Below, in pieces: positions 39,329-50,184 of a stretch of DNA of 64,000 bases. Numbering within the stretch: the first letter of the stretch is position 1; every line of letters starts with the position of its first letter. Origin of the DNA: Azolla caroliniana (lineage: Eukaryota; Plantae; Polypodiophyta); assembly GCA_043228905.1 (NCBI GenBank), contig JBHGNT010000010.1, positions 21,948,001 to 22,012,000 of the forward strand, in the 5' to 3' direction. The translations under genes and the position numbers were made by a program. The notes beneath the pieces are model-generated. The model was not told the DNA's origin. It worked only from the letters and a program-made list of their open reading frames with translations, and made no database searches.

Positions 39329-41326
39329 TCACTCGTTGGGAGGCAACCCAGGTACCTGCTCTTCTGAACTGCCACCAATTGATGAAGAATTATCGGGATT
39401 ATCAGTATCATTGCTCTCAATATCAGGTTCGGGTTCTCGTGATTGTCTTCCTCTTGTGCTTCCACTTCCTCTATGCCCTCTTAATCCCCACGCACCAGGT
39501 AATACAATTCTTCCTCCTAGATCGGTCGATGGTGCAAACAAGTGCAAAAAAAGAAAGGCGGGCACACTCAACAAGGTTCCACCACTACTACCATTTTCAC
39601 CATCATTTTCATTTTCTTCTAAGCCAGTTTCTAAGACATGGTCTCCTACTATAGTTGCACCAGGCATTGCAGCTCGAATAGAGCTTAAAACATCACCTAC
39701 ATTTCGTTGGTGTTCTAATCGCCGCCAATCTCTTAGCCGTGATGGATCAACCTCTGAAGGATGAGCAAATGGGTGCTTGGACTTTGCATGTATTCGCAAT
39801 TCTTTGTATGTCCCAAAAAATGAACATGACTCTTCTGAACAACTCCTTGCCCTGTGATTCAGATGTTCTCTAGCTGCATCCACCACTTTCCACCCATTCA
39901 CTATACCTCGACAAAGTGGGCACTTTAAATCCTTACTCCATTCCATATTGGCCACCTCATCCATACATTCGTCAGCACCTTCACCATCATCAATGCTGTC
40001 CTCATCATTATCATTATCATCATCATCATCATCATCATCACCGGCATCAACATGATTAACATTATCATTATCATCATGCAGAGGACTAGTTTCCTGATTG
40101 GCGACGGTTGAAATACTGATTGCATGGTCCATTCCATCTGTTGCCATTGTGTAATCGTGTATTTCATCCATTGTGGGTGTTTCTTCATGTCTTCCATCCA
40201 CTGCCAATGTGTGCACATGCCTTTCATCCATCACTGATGGTTGTCCATGCCTTTCATCAATTGAGGATGCTGGTCCATACCTTTCATCCCTTGCTGATAA
40301 TTGCTCATGCCTTTCATTTATTGTAGATGCTTGCTCATGCCTTTCTTCTATAGCCAATGTTTGGTCACGCCTTTCATCCATCACTGATGTGTGTTCGTGC
40401 CTTCGTTGGTCCATTGCAGATATTTGCTCTTCTCTTTCATCCATTGCTGATGTGTGCCCATACCCTTCATCCATTGCGGATGTGTCATCATTCCTTTCAT
40501 CCATTTCCAATGTTTGTTCATGTCTTTCATCCACTTCAGATGTTTGCTGATGTCTTTCATCCATTGCTGATGTTTGTGGGTGCCTTCTTCCCTCTATTCC
40601 TGACGTCTGATCATGATTTCTTTCATCTCTTCCAAATGTTGATCCATGTCTGGTTTCATCCATTCCCACTGCCAAAACATCTCTTCTTTCATCCATTCCT
40701 GATGACGAACTATCTCTGCTTCCATCTATTCCTGATGTTAGGGCATGTCTTCCCTCATCAATTCCAAGTGTTGTACCATCTCTTCTATCCAAGGGTTCAT
40801 ATATGCCATCTCTTGTGATATCGCTGGAAGGAATCAGATCGCCATTTTCTCGCACAGAATTCACGTTTCCAGAAGCAATACCAATACCACTAGATTCATC
40901 CAAAGAGGCAATATTTCGCGAAGAAACAACAACACCACTTTCTGGAGAAACAGTTACAAACGTCACACTCAAAGCTTCAACTGTCAAGTTTATAGCATCA
41001 CCAGAACTAGTCATATTAATACCAGGCGGAGGTGGTTCACTATGACCTAAAACCTTCTGGGTTCCCATGTGAGCGTTTTTGTATTGATTGAGACAATTTG
41101 AATGAAGATGACCAGTATTACAAATATATGGTCTGCATCCTTTATCATGTGAAGAGCAGAGTAAAAGCACAGCGTTATGTGGGAAATCCATACAAATAGG
41201 ACAAGTTGCATCTTCCCATTCTTTTCTCTCTTCTCCATGTGTTTTGCCATGGTTCGGTATGGTCTTATTATAAGGGTGGATTCGATCCTTCTCTGAGAAG
41301 CTTTCTGAGCTTTTGTCTTTAGGCAT
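39329..41326 (-). CDS. DUF1644-family zinc-finger protein, intronless, 665 aa, with an internal peptide repeat
   Basis: EWEDATCPICMDFPHNAVLLLCSSHDKGCRPYIC...HSNCL and LKCPLCRG.V.GWKVV..AR..LN...RSCSEESCSF.GTY.ELR.H...HP...PSEVDPSR..DWRRLE are the two halves of DUF1644. Confidence 0.93.
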   Translation of the reverse strand: MPKDKSSESFSEKDRIHPYNKTIPNHGKTHGEERKEWEDATCPICMDFPHNAVLLLCSSHDKGCRPYICNTGHLHSNCLNQYKNAHMGTQKVLGHSEPPPPGINMTSSGDAINLTVEALSVTFVTVSPESGVVVSSRNIASLDESSGIGIASGNVNSVRENGDLIPSSDITRDGIYEPLDRRDGTTLGIDEGRHALTSGIDGSRDSSSSGMDERRDVLAVGMDETRHGSTFGRDERNHDQTSGIEGRRHPQTSAMDERHQQTSEVDERHEQTLEMDERNDDTSAMDEGYGHTSAMDEREEQISAMDQRRHEHTSVMDERRDQTLAIEERHEQASTINERHEQLSARDERYGPASSIDERHGQPSVMDERHVHTLAVDGRHEETPTMDEIHDYTMATDGMDHAISISTVANQETSPLHDDNDNVNHVDAGDDDDDDDDNDNDEDSIDDGEGADECMDEVANMEWSKDLKCPLCRGIVNGWKVVDAAREHLNHRARSCSEESCSFFGTYKELRIHAKSKHPFAHPSEVDPSRLRDWRRLEHQRNVGDVLSSIRAAMPGATIVGDHVLETGLEENENDGENGSSGGTLLSVPAFLFLHLFAPSTDLGGRIVLPGAWGLRGHRGSGSTRGRQSREPEPDIESNDTDNPDNSSSIGGSSEEQVPGLPPNE
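40130..40790 (-). repeat. Coding tandem repeat, ~21 units of 10-11 aa (DERHEQTSAM-like; 30/33 bp)
   Basis: Recurring ctttcatccat on the plus strand; directly visible in the translation. Confidence 0.92.
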
Positions 41327-42656
41327 GATCGAAGATGATAGGAGAACTTTGATTTCTTCAAAGGAAAGATTAGATCTCCTTGTCTCTGTCCCTAACCCTG
41401 TCCCTGTCCCTGTCTCTGCCTCTGCCTCACTATATCTATCGCTGTTTTTCTCTGTCTCTGTTTCTCTCTTTCAGGGAGAGATCACAAGAGAAACAGAGAA
41501 ACCCTAAAAAGTAAAATATGGCAGAGAATGAGGGGGTACCTTTCAGCGCCGAGAGCAGCAAAAGAACATGGGCACACCATGGCCTCTCCTCTTATCGGTA
41601 TATAGGCAATGGATGCAGATCATGGATGCTCATACATACATACATGATGATCATCATCATCATCACCATATGTCATACATCATACACATGTTATTATGGA
41701 ATGGTTCTCCATGTTATTTTCCCTTCATTCTTCTTCTTATATGGCCCCTCGTTATTATTAGGCTTCATTGGTTACGATATTGCTATGTGTAAGGAGGGGA
41801 TCAAAGTCATTAACTCTCGAGATAACTCAAAGAATTCAACCTTTGCCTCAACCTTGGCCTCCTCCCATGTCAAAGCAGTAGAGTGCCACCGAATGGGGCT
41901 GACCACATAACATGGTGCTTCAAAATATGAATATCCCTTCTTAGGAAGGAGACACACATCGAGATAATTGTTCTACTTAGGTCCTATGGGTCAATATTGG
42001 CCTCTTTATGGACTCTTTCTCTCCCTCTCTTATGGTACATTTGATATCTTTGGAAGACTCGAGAATATACACGAGCTCAACTAACTCTAAACCAAAAAAC
42101 ACAAAGATATGCATGAATGTAAAACATCTATTAGAGGTCGGGTCGACTGTTTTAGCTTAGCAAAATGGATCTAGATATTCGAGCCATAAGTTGCTTTCTA
42201 TCGTGTTGCTTCAAGTGAAGTTTTATCATGATATACCAAAAGCCAAGAATTCCCTTATTATTAGATACTTGCCAACATGACGGTCCCAAGTAGATCATGC
42301 TATCTGCATTCTAATGGGATTCCTCATGGCCTTATTTGTTGTATTCTTAGTTATCATTTTGGAAATTGACAACTCATCCATTCTTTTGGATGGCATTCCG
42401 ATAAGTTGGTAGGAGAGAGAGGGTGGGTTAGTGCATTAGAAACCACCGCTGCAATAGTTGAGGGGTTCTTGGACGAAGTTCGCCATCACCTAATTATCTA
42501 CACAACATGAACCCATGGCTTGATTTTAGTGGCCTTTTGTGTTCCTCCGTAGGAGTTGAATCTTCAAGAGAATAGAACCTACCCAAACCATCAAAACATC
42601 TACCATCCTACAAGATCCAATCAACACCGACCATGTTTATCTCTCCATAATCTATA

Positions 42657-42696
42657 CCCATAACCCATAACCCATAACCCATAACCCATAACCCAT
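42657..42696 (+). repeat. (CCCATAA)5+ heptamer array
   Basis: Five perfect copies plus a partial copy. Confidence 0.9.
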
Positions 42697-42705
42697 GCTT
42701 CAACA

Positions 42706-45700
42706 TGTGGAGAAATTGATGTGGAACTAGATCACAATAAACGAACTGTGCGCTGAAATACGAATTACAGAAGTAAAATGCCAGAAAGACAAGACAAACA
42801 GATGTACACAGAGATTTACGTGGAAACCCTAAAACGGGGAAAACCACGGGTGAACAAAACTTCACTTATACAAATAGTGGATGTACAACACCGAGAGGAA
42901 TACAACACTCTGTCGAGTGTATCAGCCGCACAGGGCTCTTCGAGTCTGTTGTTACTCACACAGCTATGGCGCGGCTCACGCTTCTCTCTCTCACTCTTTC
43001 TCTATCTCTCTCACACTATATCGCGCACTATGACTTCTGTACATTGTTACTCATAGTTAAAGTTTGCCCTAGTTACATATATACTTACACAACTTTTCTG
43101 GCTATTTACATACGTAGCCCTCATGGGGCGCACACTTAGACTATTTACAAATATAGTCTCCCGAGTTGGCTATTTACACGATTCCAGTTTTGGCCGAGTC
43201 CCTCATCAACTCGGCTCCTCAACTGTCGGCTTTTCGAACAATCGGATCATCCTCCCCCTTCACTCCTGTGGGAGGAAATCTGTCAGTCCTGTATTTTGTC
43301 GACAGACTCTGAGTTTGTCCATAGGTAGGTTCTTCGTCAGCATGTCGGATCCATTGTCGTCAGTATGGATCTTTTCGAGAGAAAAATCTCCTTCTTCAAC
43401 TCTCTCCCTTAACCAATGATACCTTCTCTGTATGTGCTTGGTCTGGGAGTGGTATGCCGTGTTCTTGGTTGGGTGTATGGCGTTTTGGTTGTCACAGTGA
43501 AGCAAGAACTCCTTTTGCTTCATGCCTAGTTCAGTGAGAAAATTTCTCATCCAGATCAGCTCTTTTCCGGCTTCTACCGCTGCCATATACTCTGCCTCTA
43601 TAGTTGACAAGGCTACAGACTTCTGCAGTCGTGACTGCCACGACATTGCTCCCCCTGCATAGGTCATCACGTACCCTAACTTGGATCGGCTCAAGTCGAT
43701 ATCTCCTAACATGTCTGAATCGGTAAAACCTTCCAACACAGGTTTTCCGACACAATACCTTAGGCACACCCCCGAGGTGCCCTTTATGTACCTGAGTATC
43801 CATTTCACCGCTGCCCAGTGTTCTCTCCCTGGATTACTCATATATCGGCTTACTGTTCCCACAACAAATGATATGTCCGGTCTCGTACAAACCATAGCAT
43901 ACATTAGACTGCCAACGATCGAGGCATATGGTACCTTCCTCATCTCGACCTTCTCCTTCTGTCCCTTCGGACACTGCTTCGCATTTAATTTGCAATTTGT
44001 CGGCAACACGGAGCCGACCGGCTTTGTATTGGACATGTTGAACCTCTCTAGGATCTTCGTCACAAACTTTTGTTGTGACAACCATAGCACCTTTCGAGCT
44101 CTGTCTCAGGTTATGTGCATTCCTAGGATTTGTTTTGCCGGTCCAAGGTCTTTCATGGCAAATGATTTGCCGAGAACTTTCTTCAAGCTTCCAATCTTCC
44201 TTGCATCTTGGCCGATTATCAACATGTCATCAACGTATAACAAGAGAATCAAGAAATCTCCTTCTTTGTACCTTTTGACGAACACACAGTGATCGGCATG
44301 TGTTTTCTGGAACCAATGTTCCATCATGAAGGACTCGAATTTCTTGTACCATTGGCGTGGAGCTTGTTTCAGTCCGTACAAGCTTTTCCTCAATCAACAC
44401 ACCAGATTCTCTTACCCTTTTTCTTCAAAGCCTTCGGGTTGCTACATGTAGATTTCTTCTTCTAGCTCTCCGTGCAGAAATGCGGTTTTGACATCCAACT
44501 GTTCGATCTCTAGGTCCATGTTGGCCGCTATGCTCAAAACAATTCGAATCGATGTCATCTTCACGACTGGTGCGAATATTTCGTCAAAGTCAACGCCCTT
44601 CCTCTATTGGAAACCCTTCACCACTATGCGGGCTTTATACCTAGGTTCGTTGTCAACTTCTCTAGTCCTAACCTTGTAGACCTATTTATTCCTGAGTGCT
44701 CTCTCACCTTTCGGCAGCTCTACTAGGTTGTAGGTGTAATTCGCGTGCAAGGATTCCATCTCCTCTTGCATCACGTTCAACCACTTTTCTCTGCTCTCAT
44801 CGGCAATGGCTTCTTCATAGCACTATGGTTCACCTTCATCAGTCAAGAGGATGTATTGACTGACATATGTAGTCGGTGCCTTTCTTTCTCTAAGTGGGTA
44901 CCTTCGTCCACTCGTTGTTGGCTCTAGTCCGGATGTCTCTGCCCACTCTTCTCTTTGCTCGGGATTCTGCTCGTCAATCGGCATCTTTAGGTTGGATAAC
45001 TCCAACTCATATTAATCAATTGACTTCAGCAGCTCTGCTAACTCTGACTCATAGTCTGTCGGTCTTTTCGAGTTGACCGACTCAGATTCGGCTCTGTCGG
45101 CCAGCTGTCTCCTTATAGCTATCAGTGATGACTCACTTGGCCTTAAGTCGACGGTAGTCGAGGTTGATTGGGCAGTCGGTTCCGACTTCTGTTGCTTCCA
45201 GTCTTCAATTGTCTTGTCTTCTAGAAAGACTACATCCTGACTTCTCACTACCTTCTTGTCGACTAAGTCCCACAACCTGTAGCCGAACTCATCTTCTGAG
45301 TATCCCATGAATATGCACGCTTTCAACTTGTTGTCGAGCTTTGACCTCTGATCCTTTGGTACATGCATATATGCCAAACATCCAAACACCCTCAGGTGTT
45401 GGTAGGAGACATCCTTCCCTGTCCACACCCTCTGTGGGACATCACCCTTTAGAGGTACCGAGGGAGACTTGTTGATCAGATAAACAACTGTGTACATCGC
45501 CTCAACCCAATAGGATATCGACAGTTTCGCATGAGAGAGCATGCTCCTTATTCTCTCCATGATCGTTCGATTCATCCTCTCTGCAAGCCCGTTCAACTTT
45601 GGGGTCTTTGGCACTGTGTATTCAATCCGAATACCTTGGCACTTGCATTATTCCTTGAACTGCCCTTTGTATTCGCCACCGTTGTCAATTCGGACAGCCT

Positions 45701-47050
45701 TCAGTGATTCTCTTTCGGTTCTTGCTTGGAACTCCTTGAAAACCGACAGTACTTGATCCTTCGACTTCAGTACAAAGGCCCATGTTTTCCGATTGTAGTC
45801 GTCAATAAACGTTACAAAGTATTGTCCTCCTCAATGCGATGGAGCATCCACATAGCACACATCCGTGTACACTAGTTCTAATGCAACTTCTCTTCTCCTT
45901 GGTGGTCTTGTGTGGAATGTTGCCCTGTTCTGCTTTCCGGCTAAGCAGTCGACACACTTCTCCAGGTGCACACCCTTGACTTTTGGTAGAAGTTTCTGGT
46001 CAGCTAGTCGATGCATTCCCTTCTCACTCATGTGGCCTAGCCTCTTATGCCATATTTCCCTTGCCGAGTCGGCTGCCACGTTTACTTCTGATTTGCATAG
46101 TCGGGCATGCATCATGTACAATGTGCCTTCTTTCTGTGCTCGGGCCACTATGAGATTTCCTCGGCACAACTTCCACTTGCAATTCCGAAAACTACCACTG
46201 TAGCCTTCGTCGTCAAGCCTTCCAGTCGATATTAGATTCAATATGATATCGGGGATGTGTCAAACATCCTTCAACGTTAGTCGACACCCTGTCGACGTTG
46301 TTAAGCGCACACTTCCGACTCCAGTTATCTTGCACTCTCCACTATCACCCATCTTTACATAGCCATGATCCCTGGTTATGTAAGTCGAGAAATACTCTCT
46401 CGACGGAGTAATATGGAAGGATGCGCCGGAGTCGATCACCCACGTGCAATCTTCACTCGCAAGATTTGCACTTGTCTGTTCACAAATGAACAAGAGTTCT
46501 TCATTGCTCGTAGCAATGGCTGAAGTGTTCTTGTCATCCAGAATCTTCCGAGGTTCGACATTATTTCCAACACTCTTGTCTTTCTTCATGTGTCGGCAGT
46601 CCTTTTGGAAGTGTCCAGGTTTTCCATAGAAAAAGCACACGAGCTTACCTCTGGACTTCGATCTGGCATGGGATTTGTCCGTTCGCTACAGACTTCCTCT
46701 TCGTCGGTCCCTTCCTCTGTCCATGTGTTGAGTCAGATTCGACTCCGTTTGGGACATGACTCCTTTGTCTTTCGTCCTTACCTCCTCATTTAGGATGCTT
46801 GTCTTCACCGTCTGTAAAGACAAGTTCTCTTCTTGACAGGAGGTGCTGAGAGTAACCACCAGGTTCTCCCAGCTTTTCGGCAGTGTGCACATCAACAAGA
46901 TGGCTTGCATTGCATCATCCAGGGGGAATTTGGTCGCAGCAAGTTGATTTACATACCCCATAAACGTGATGATGTGTTCGACGACGCTCTAACCGTCTCT
47001 GTATTTCAACCGTACGATTTTTCTCATTAGCGAGGTTCTGTTTAGCGCGT
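42706..47050 (-). mobile_element. Ty1/Copia retrotransposon B (Tork/Tnt1-like), decayed; gag interrupted at 47051
   Basis: 3' LTR 42706-43249 and PPT AAGGGGGAGGA at ~43250-43260. Gag, zinc knuckle CFFYGKPGHFQKDC, protease WVIDSGASFH, integrase NGLAERMNRT, RT LLYVDD / FAMKDLG, RNase H GFTDSD...KHIQRRYHWLRE. Confidence 0.95.
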
Positions 47051-47818
47051 TGTCGTGAAGAATGTGCTTCACGATATAAAAATGAGCTTAAATGTTGTAT
47101 TTAATAATATTTGAGAGACTTGAACCCACATCCTTATATACGATGTACAATGTACATACCACTAGGCTAGGCTATTTATTTGTAAAAGTGCGTAATAAAT
47201 GTGCTTCATGATATAAGAATGAAGCTATATATTGTATTAAGTAAAATTGAGGGACTTGAACCCTCAACCTTGTATATCAAGCACAAACCATACACCACTA
47301 AGCTAGGTTATTTGTTTTAGGGTTATATCCATCATTATACTTATCCCAATACATGGGAGCTCAAATGAGCATGATGGCTATCATGCATCACATGCAATGC
47401 ATGTGCGCCAAATGGCGATCATGCATCAGATGTAACTCATGCATTACATGCATGACATTACCATATGCATGGAAATACTTATAAAAAGAGAGGAAAGGAA
47501 AACAAAAGGGAATCAAGGAATCAAGAGAGAGTGAAAAAATAATACACTCAATTGAAGAAGACTAGCTCATTGGGTGGAGAACCTCTCGTTTCGAAGTTGA
47601 GGTCGAGGGTTCAAATCAAGGGTCGGTATTGAAAAGATTCATCTTGCGATCAAGGATTGTAAAGTTGGTAAAATATTATATTTTTAATATACATCATGTT
47701 TATATCATATACTCTTGTTCTTTGAATCATACTTTGTCTCAATCTTCTTTCTAGAATCATACTTTGTCTCAATCTTCTTTCTTGAATCATACATTGTCGC
47801 TATCTTTTATCTATGCTC

Positions 47819-47895
<77 letters not shown>

Positions 47896-48034
47896 TACTT
47901 GTAACTCTTCATCTTACTATCCTTAACCATTCTATCATCACCATACAAGCCTTATTAAACTTAATTTTCTTCAACTCCCCTTAACCTTAGTCCCCGCGAC
48001 TTCGCCGCACAAACCACAACTACCCTGACACATT

Positions 48035-48052
48035 TGGTGAACCCGACGTGAA
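48035..48052 (+). promoter_or_regulatory. tRNA-Trp primer-binding site
   Basis: TGGTGAACCCGACGTGAA is the complement of the plant tRNA-Trp 3' end TTCACGTCGGGTTCACCA. Confidence 0.9.
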
Positions 48053-48069
48053 GGCGGCGACGAGGAGAA

Positions 48070-50184
48070 ATGGAGGAGCAAATGAGGCTTATGTGTACGA
48101 TGATGGAACGAGTGATGCGGGAACAAGGGATGATGGCAAGCATCGACAAAGCCGTCGACAATATTCTCGCATGAGTAGGAATCTTCGAAGGTATAAATTT
48201 AGCAAGATTTCTGAAGATTTATAATGAAGAAATGCTTAAACGCGGTGTCGACGAAGCTACAAAAATTAATAGCTTTAGTCGAGTCGCTGCGATTGGGCTA
48301 CAAGAGAGGATCCAAGAGCTCCAAAGGGAGAATCAGACATGGACAACATTCGAAAGGGCATTACTCAATGAATACAACCTCAACGATATGTCAAGGATGA
48401 CAAGGCGAGCTTTCATGGATTGGGTAGAGTCTAATAAACATTTAAGTGTTTTGGAAGTATTAAAAGAGTTTTCTGAAAGATTTGAGCAACTAAATGCTAG
48501 AGATAGAAATATAATAGTGCCAGATAAAGTAATATTGTTTCTACAAGCTACTAATATTAAAGACAGGAAGGACTTGGGAATGCTTTTAGAAGATCAGAAT
48601 AGTCCAAGTGGACTTACCGAAGACTGGGAAGAGGTGAAAAGGACGTGCGCCCATTTCTGCAAAAGAAAGTTATGGTTTATGGAGTTGCCCGACAGAAATG
48701 ATGAAGAAACGGGGAATGAGTTGGGAGAGAAGAAAGTAGAAGAATCACTCTTACACGAATTGGTGAAAGGCATGAAAGACTTGTCGATCAAAGTGACGAA
48801 GCTAGAATCGGGACAAAGCTCGACTTCATCAAGGCAAGGAGGTGGAATGGTGCGAAGGTGTATGTGGTGTGATAGTATCGACCACCAGAAGAAAGATTGT
48901 CAAGAGCATAGGGATGCTCTTAATCATAATAAAATCTACTATCAAGATGGCAAGATTCACTCAACTGAGACTCGACAACCACTTCAACTCAACTTCGGGC
49001 GAGGAGGAATGAAAAGGCTAATGGAAGATGCCAAGAGAGAAACGACTCAAGCGATACAATCCGTGGCAACCTTAGGATTGCGCGTAGAAGACTCATATGG
49101 TGGATCTGGCTTTTGGCAAGATGTGATGGATTATGCAAGAAAAGGGAAGGTTCGAGTGGATGAATTAAAAAGAGCGGGAGATGAAATACGAAACTTCACT
49201 GGATGGAATGATCCAGTAGACGCGCTATCAGCATTCGCCCAAGTGAATGCACAAGATGTGCTAGTGGAAGAGAAGCGGAAGAGAGCTGAGGAAGTTGATC
49301 CGACAAAGAGACATGAGACATGAGAACAAAAGAGAAGGGAGATGGAAAAGGGTGCTATTGAGCCGAAGGAAGCTAATAAAGTAAAAGGAAAGACAGGCCC
49401 ATCTTTCAAGCTTGCCTCAGACATAGAAACAACGATGAATATAAAAAAGGTACTAGAAACAAGAATATTAAATAGTAAGGTAGAATTTACTTTAAGAGAA
49501 GTGTTGGGTATAGCAAAGAAAGAATTTCATGAAGTTATCATAGATATTATTAGAAGGAAGAGACAGGTGACGGAGGAAATTACGGGAGGGTGTGCAGCAA
49601 CACTCCAAGATTTGTATGGTGGCACCATCAATGCTGCAAGTGTAAAAAACCAGAATGATGTTGGCGTCCATGAAGGGGATAGGAGTCACTATACAAGGGA
49701 CCATTGGGCTCGAGCAACAATGGAGGCACCTGCAAAAATTGGGGAGCAGCAAATTCCATGTATTGCTTTGATCGATCATGGATCAAAGATTAACATGATG
49801 TCATCGGAATTTTACGCTCGAGGACGATGGCCGATCGACAAGAATCATGGGTGAAAAATAAGAGCTGCCACAGAAACTACGGAGGATCTATTCGGAGCAT
49901 GTCCTAGTGTGAAGGTAACAATTGGTGATGTCTCGGTGAATCAAAATTTCTTTGTGCAGGATTGATCAACCTACCCCATCATCCTTGGCCAGCCCTACAT
50001 CACCGCAGTGAGGATGGAAACAAAGGTTATTGATGATGGTTCGGCTTTCGTGAGAATCAAGAGTCAAGATGGAAGAAAGATTGTCCAATTCTTAACCGTG
50101 AGGCCCAACCATGAAAGAAACAAAGAATGCTTGAGGGAACATCCAATTCAAGAGATGGATGAAGAGTTTTCCCAGGATTTTTAG
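48070..50184 (+). pseudogene. gag-protease ORF of Gypsy B, with in-frame stops at 48172, 49321, 49852 and 49963
   Basis: CMWCDSIDHQKKDC knuckle and protease ALIDHGS; collinear with 55546-57672. Confidence 0.9.

Noticed and set aside
39336-41050. Plus-strand ORFs with CLSSI / HAFHP repeats
   Set aside because: Antisense shadows of the DUF1644 repeat.
47105-47620. Functional tRNA genes inside LTRs
   Set aside because: Acceptor stems do not pair and D-arms are weak; reported as tRNA-like modules only.
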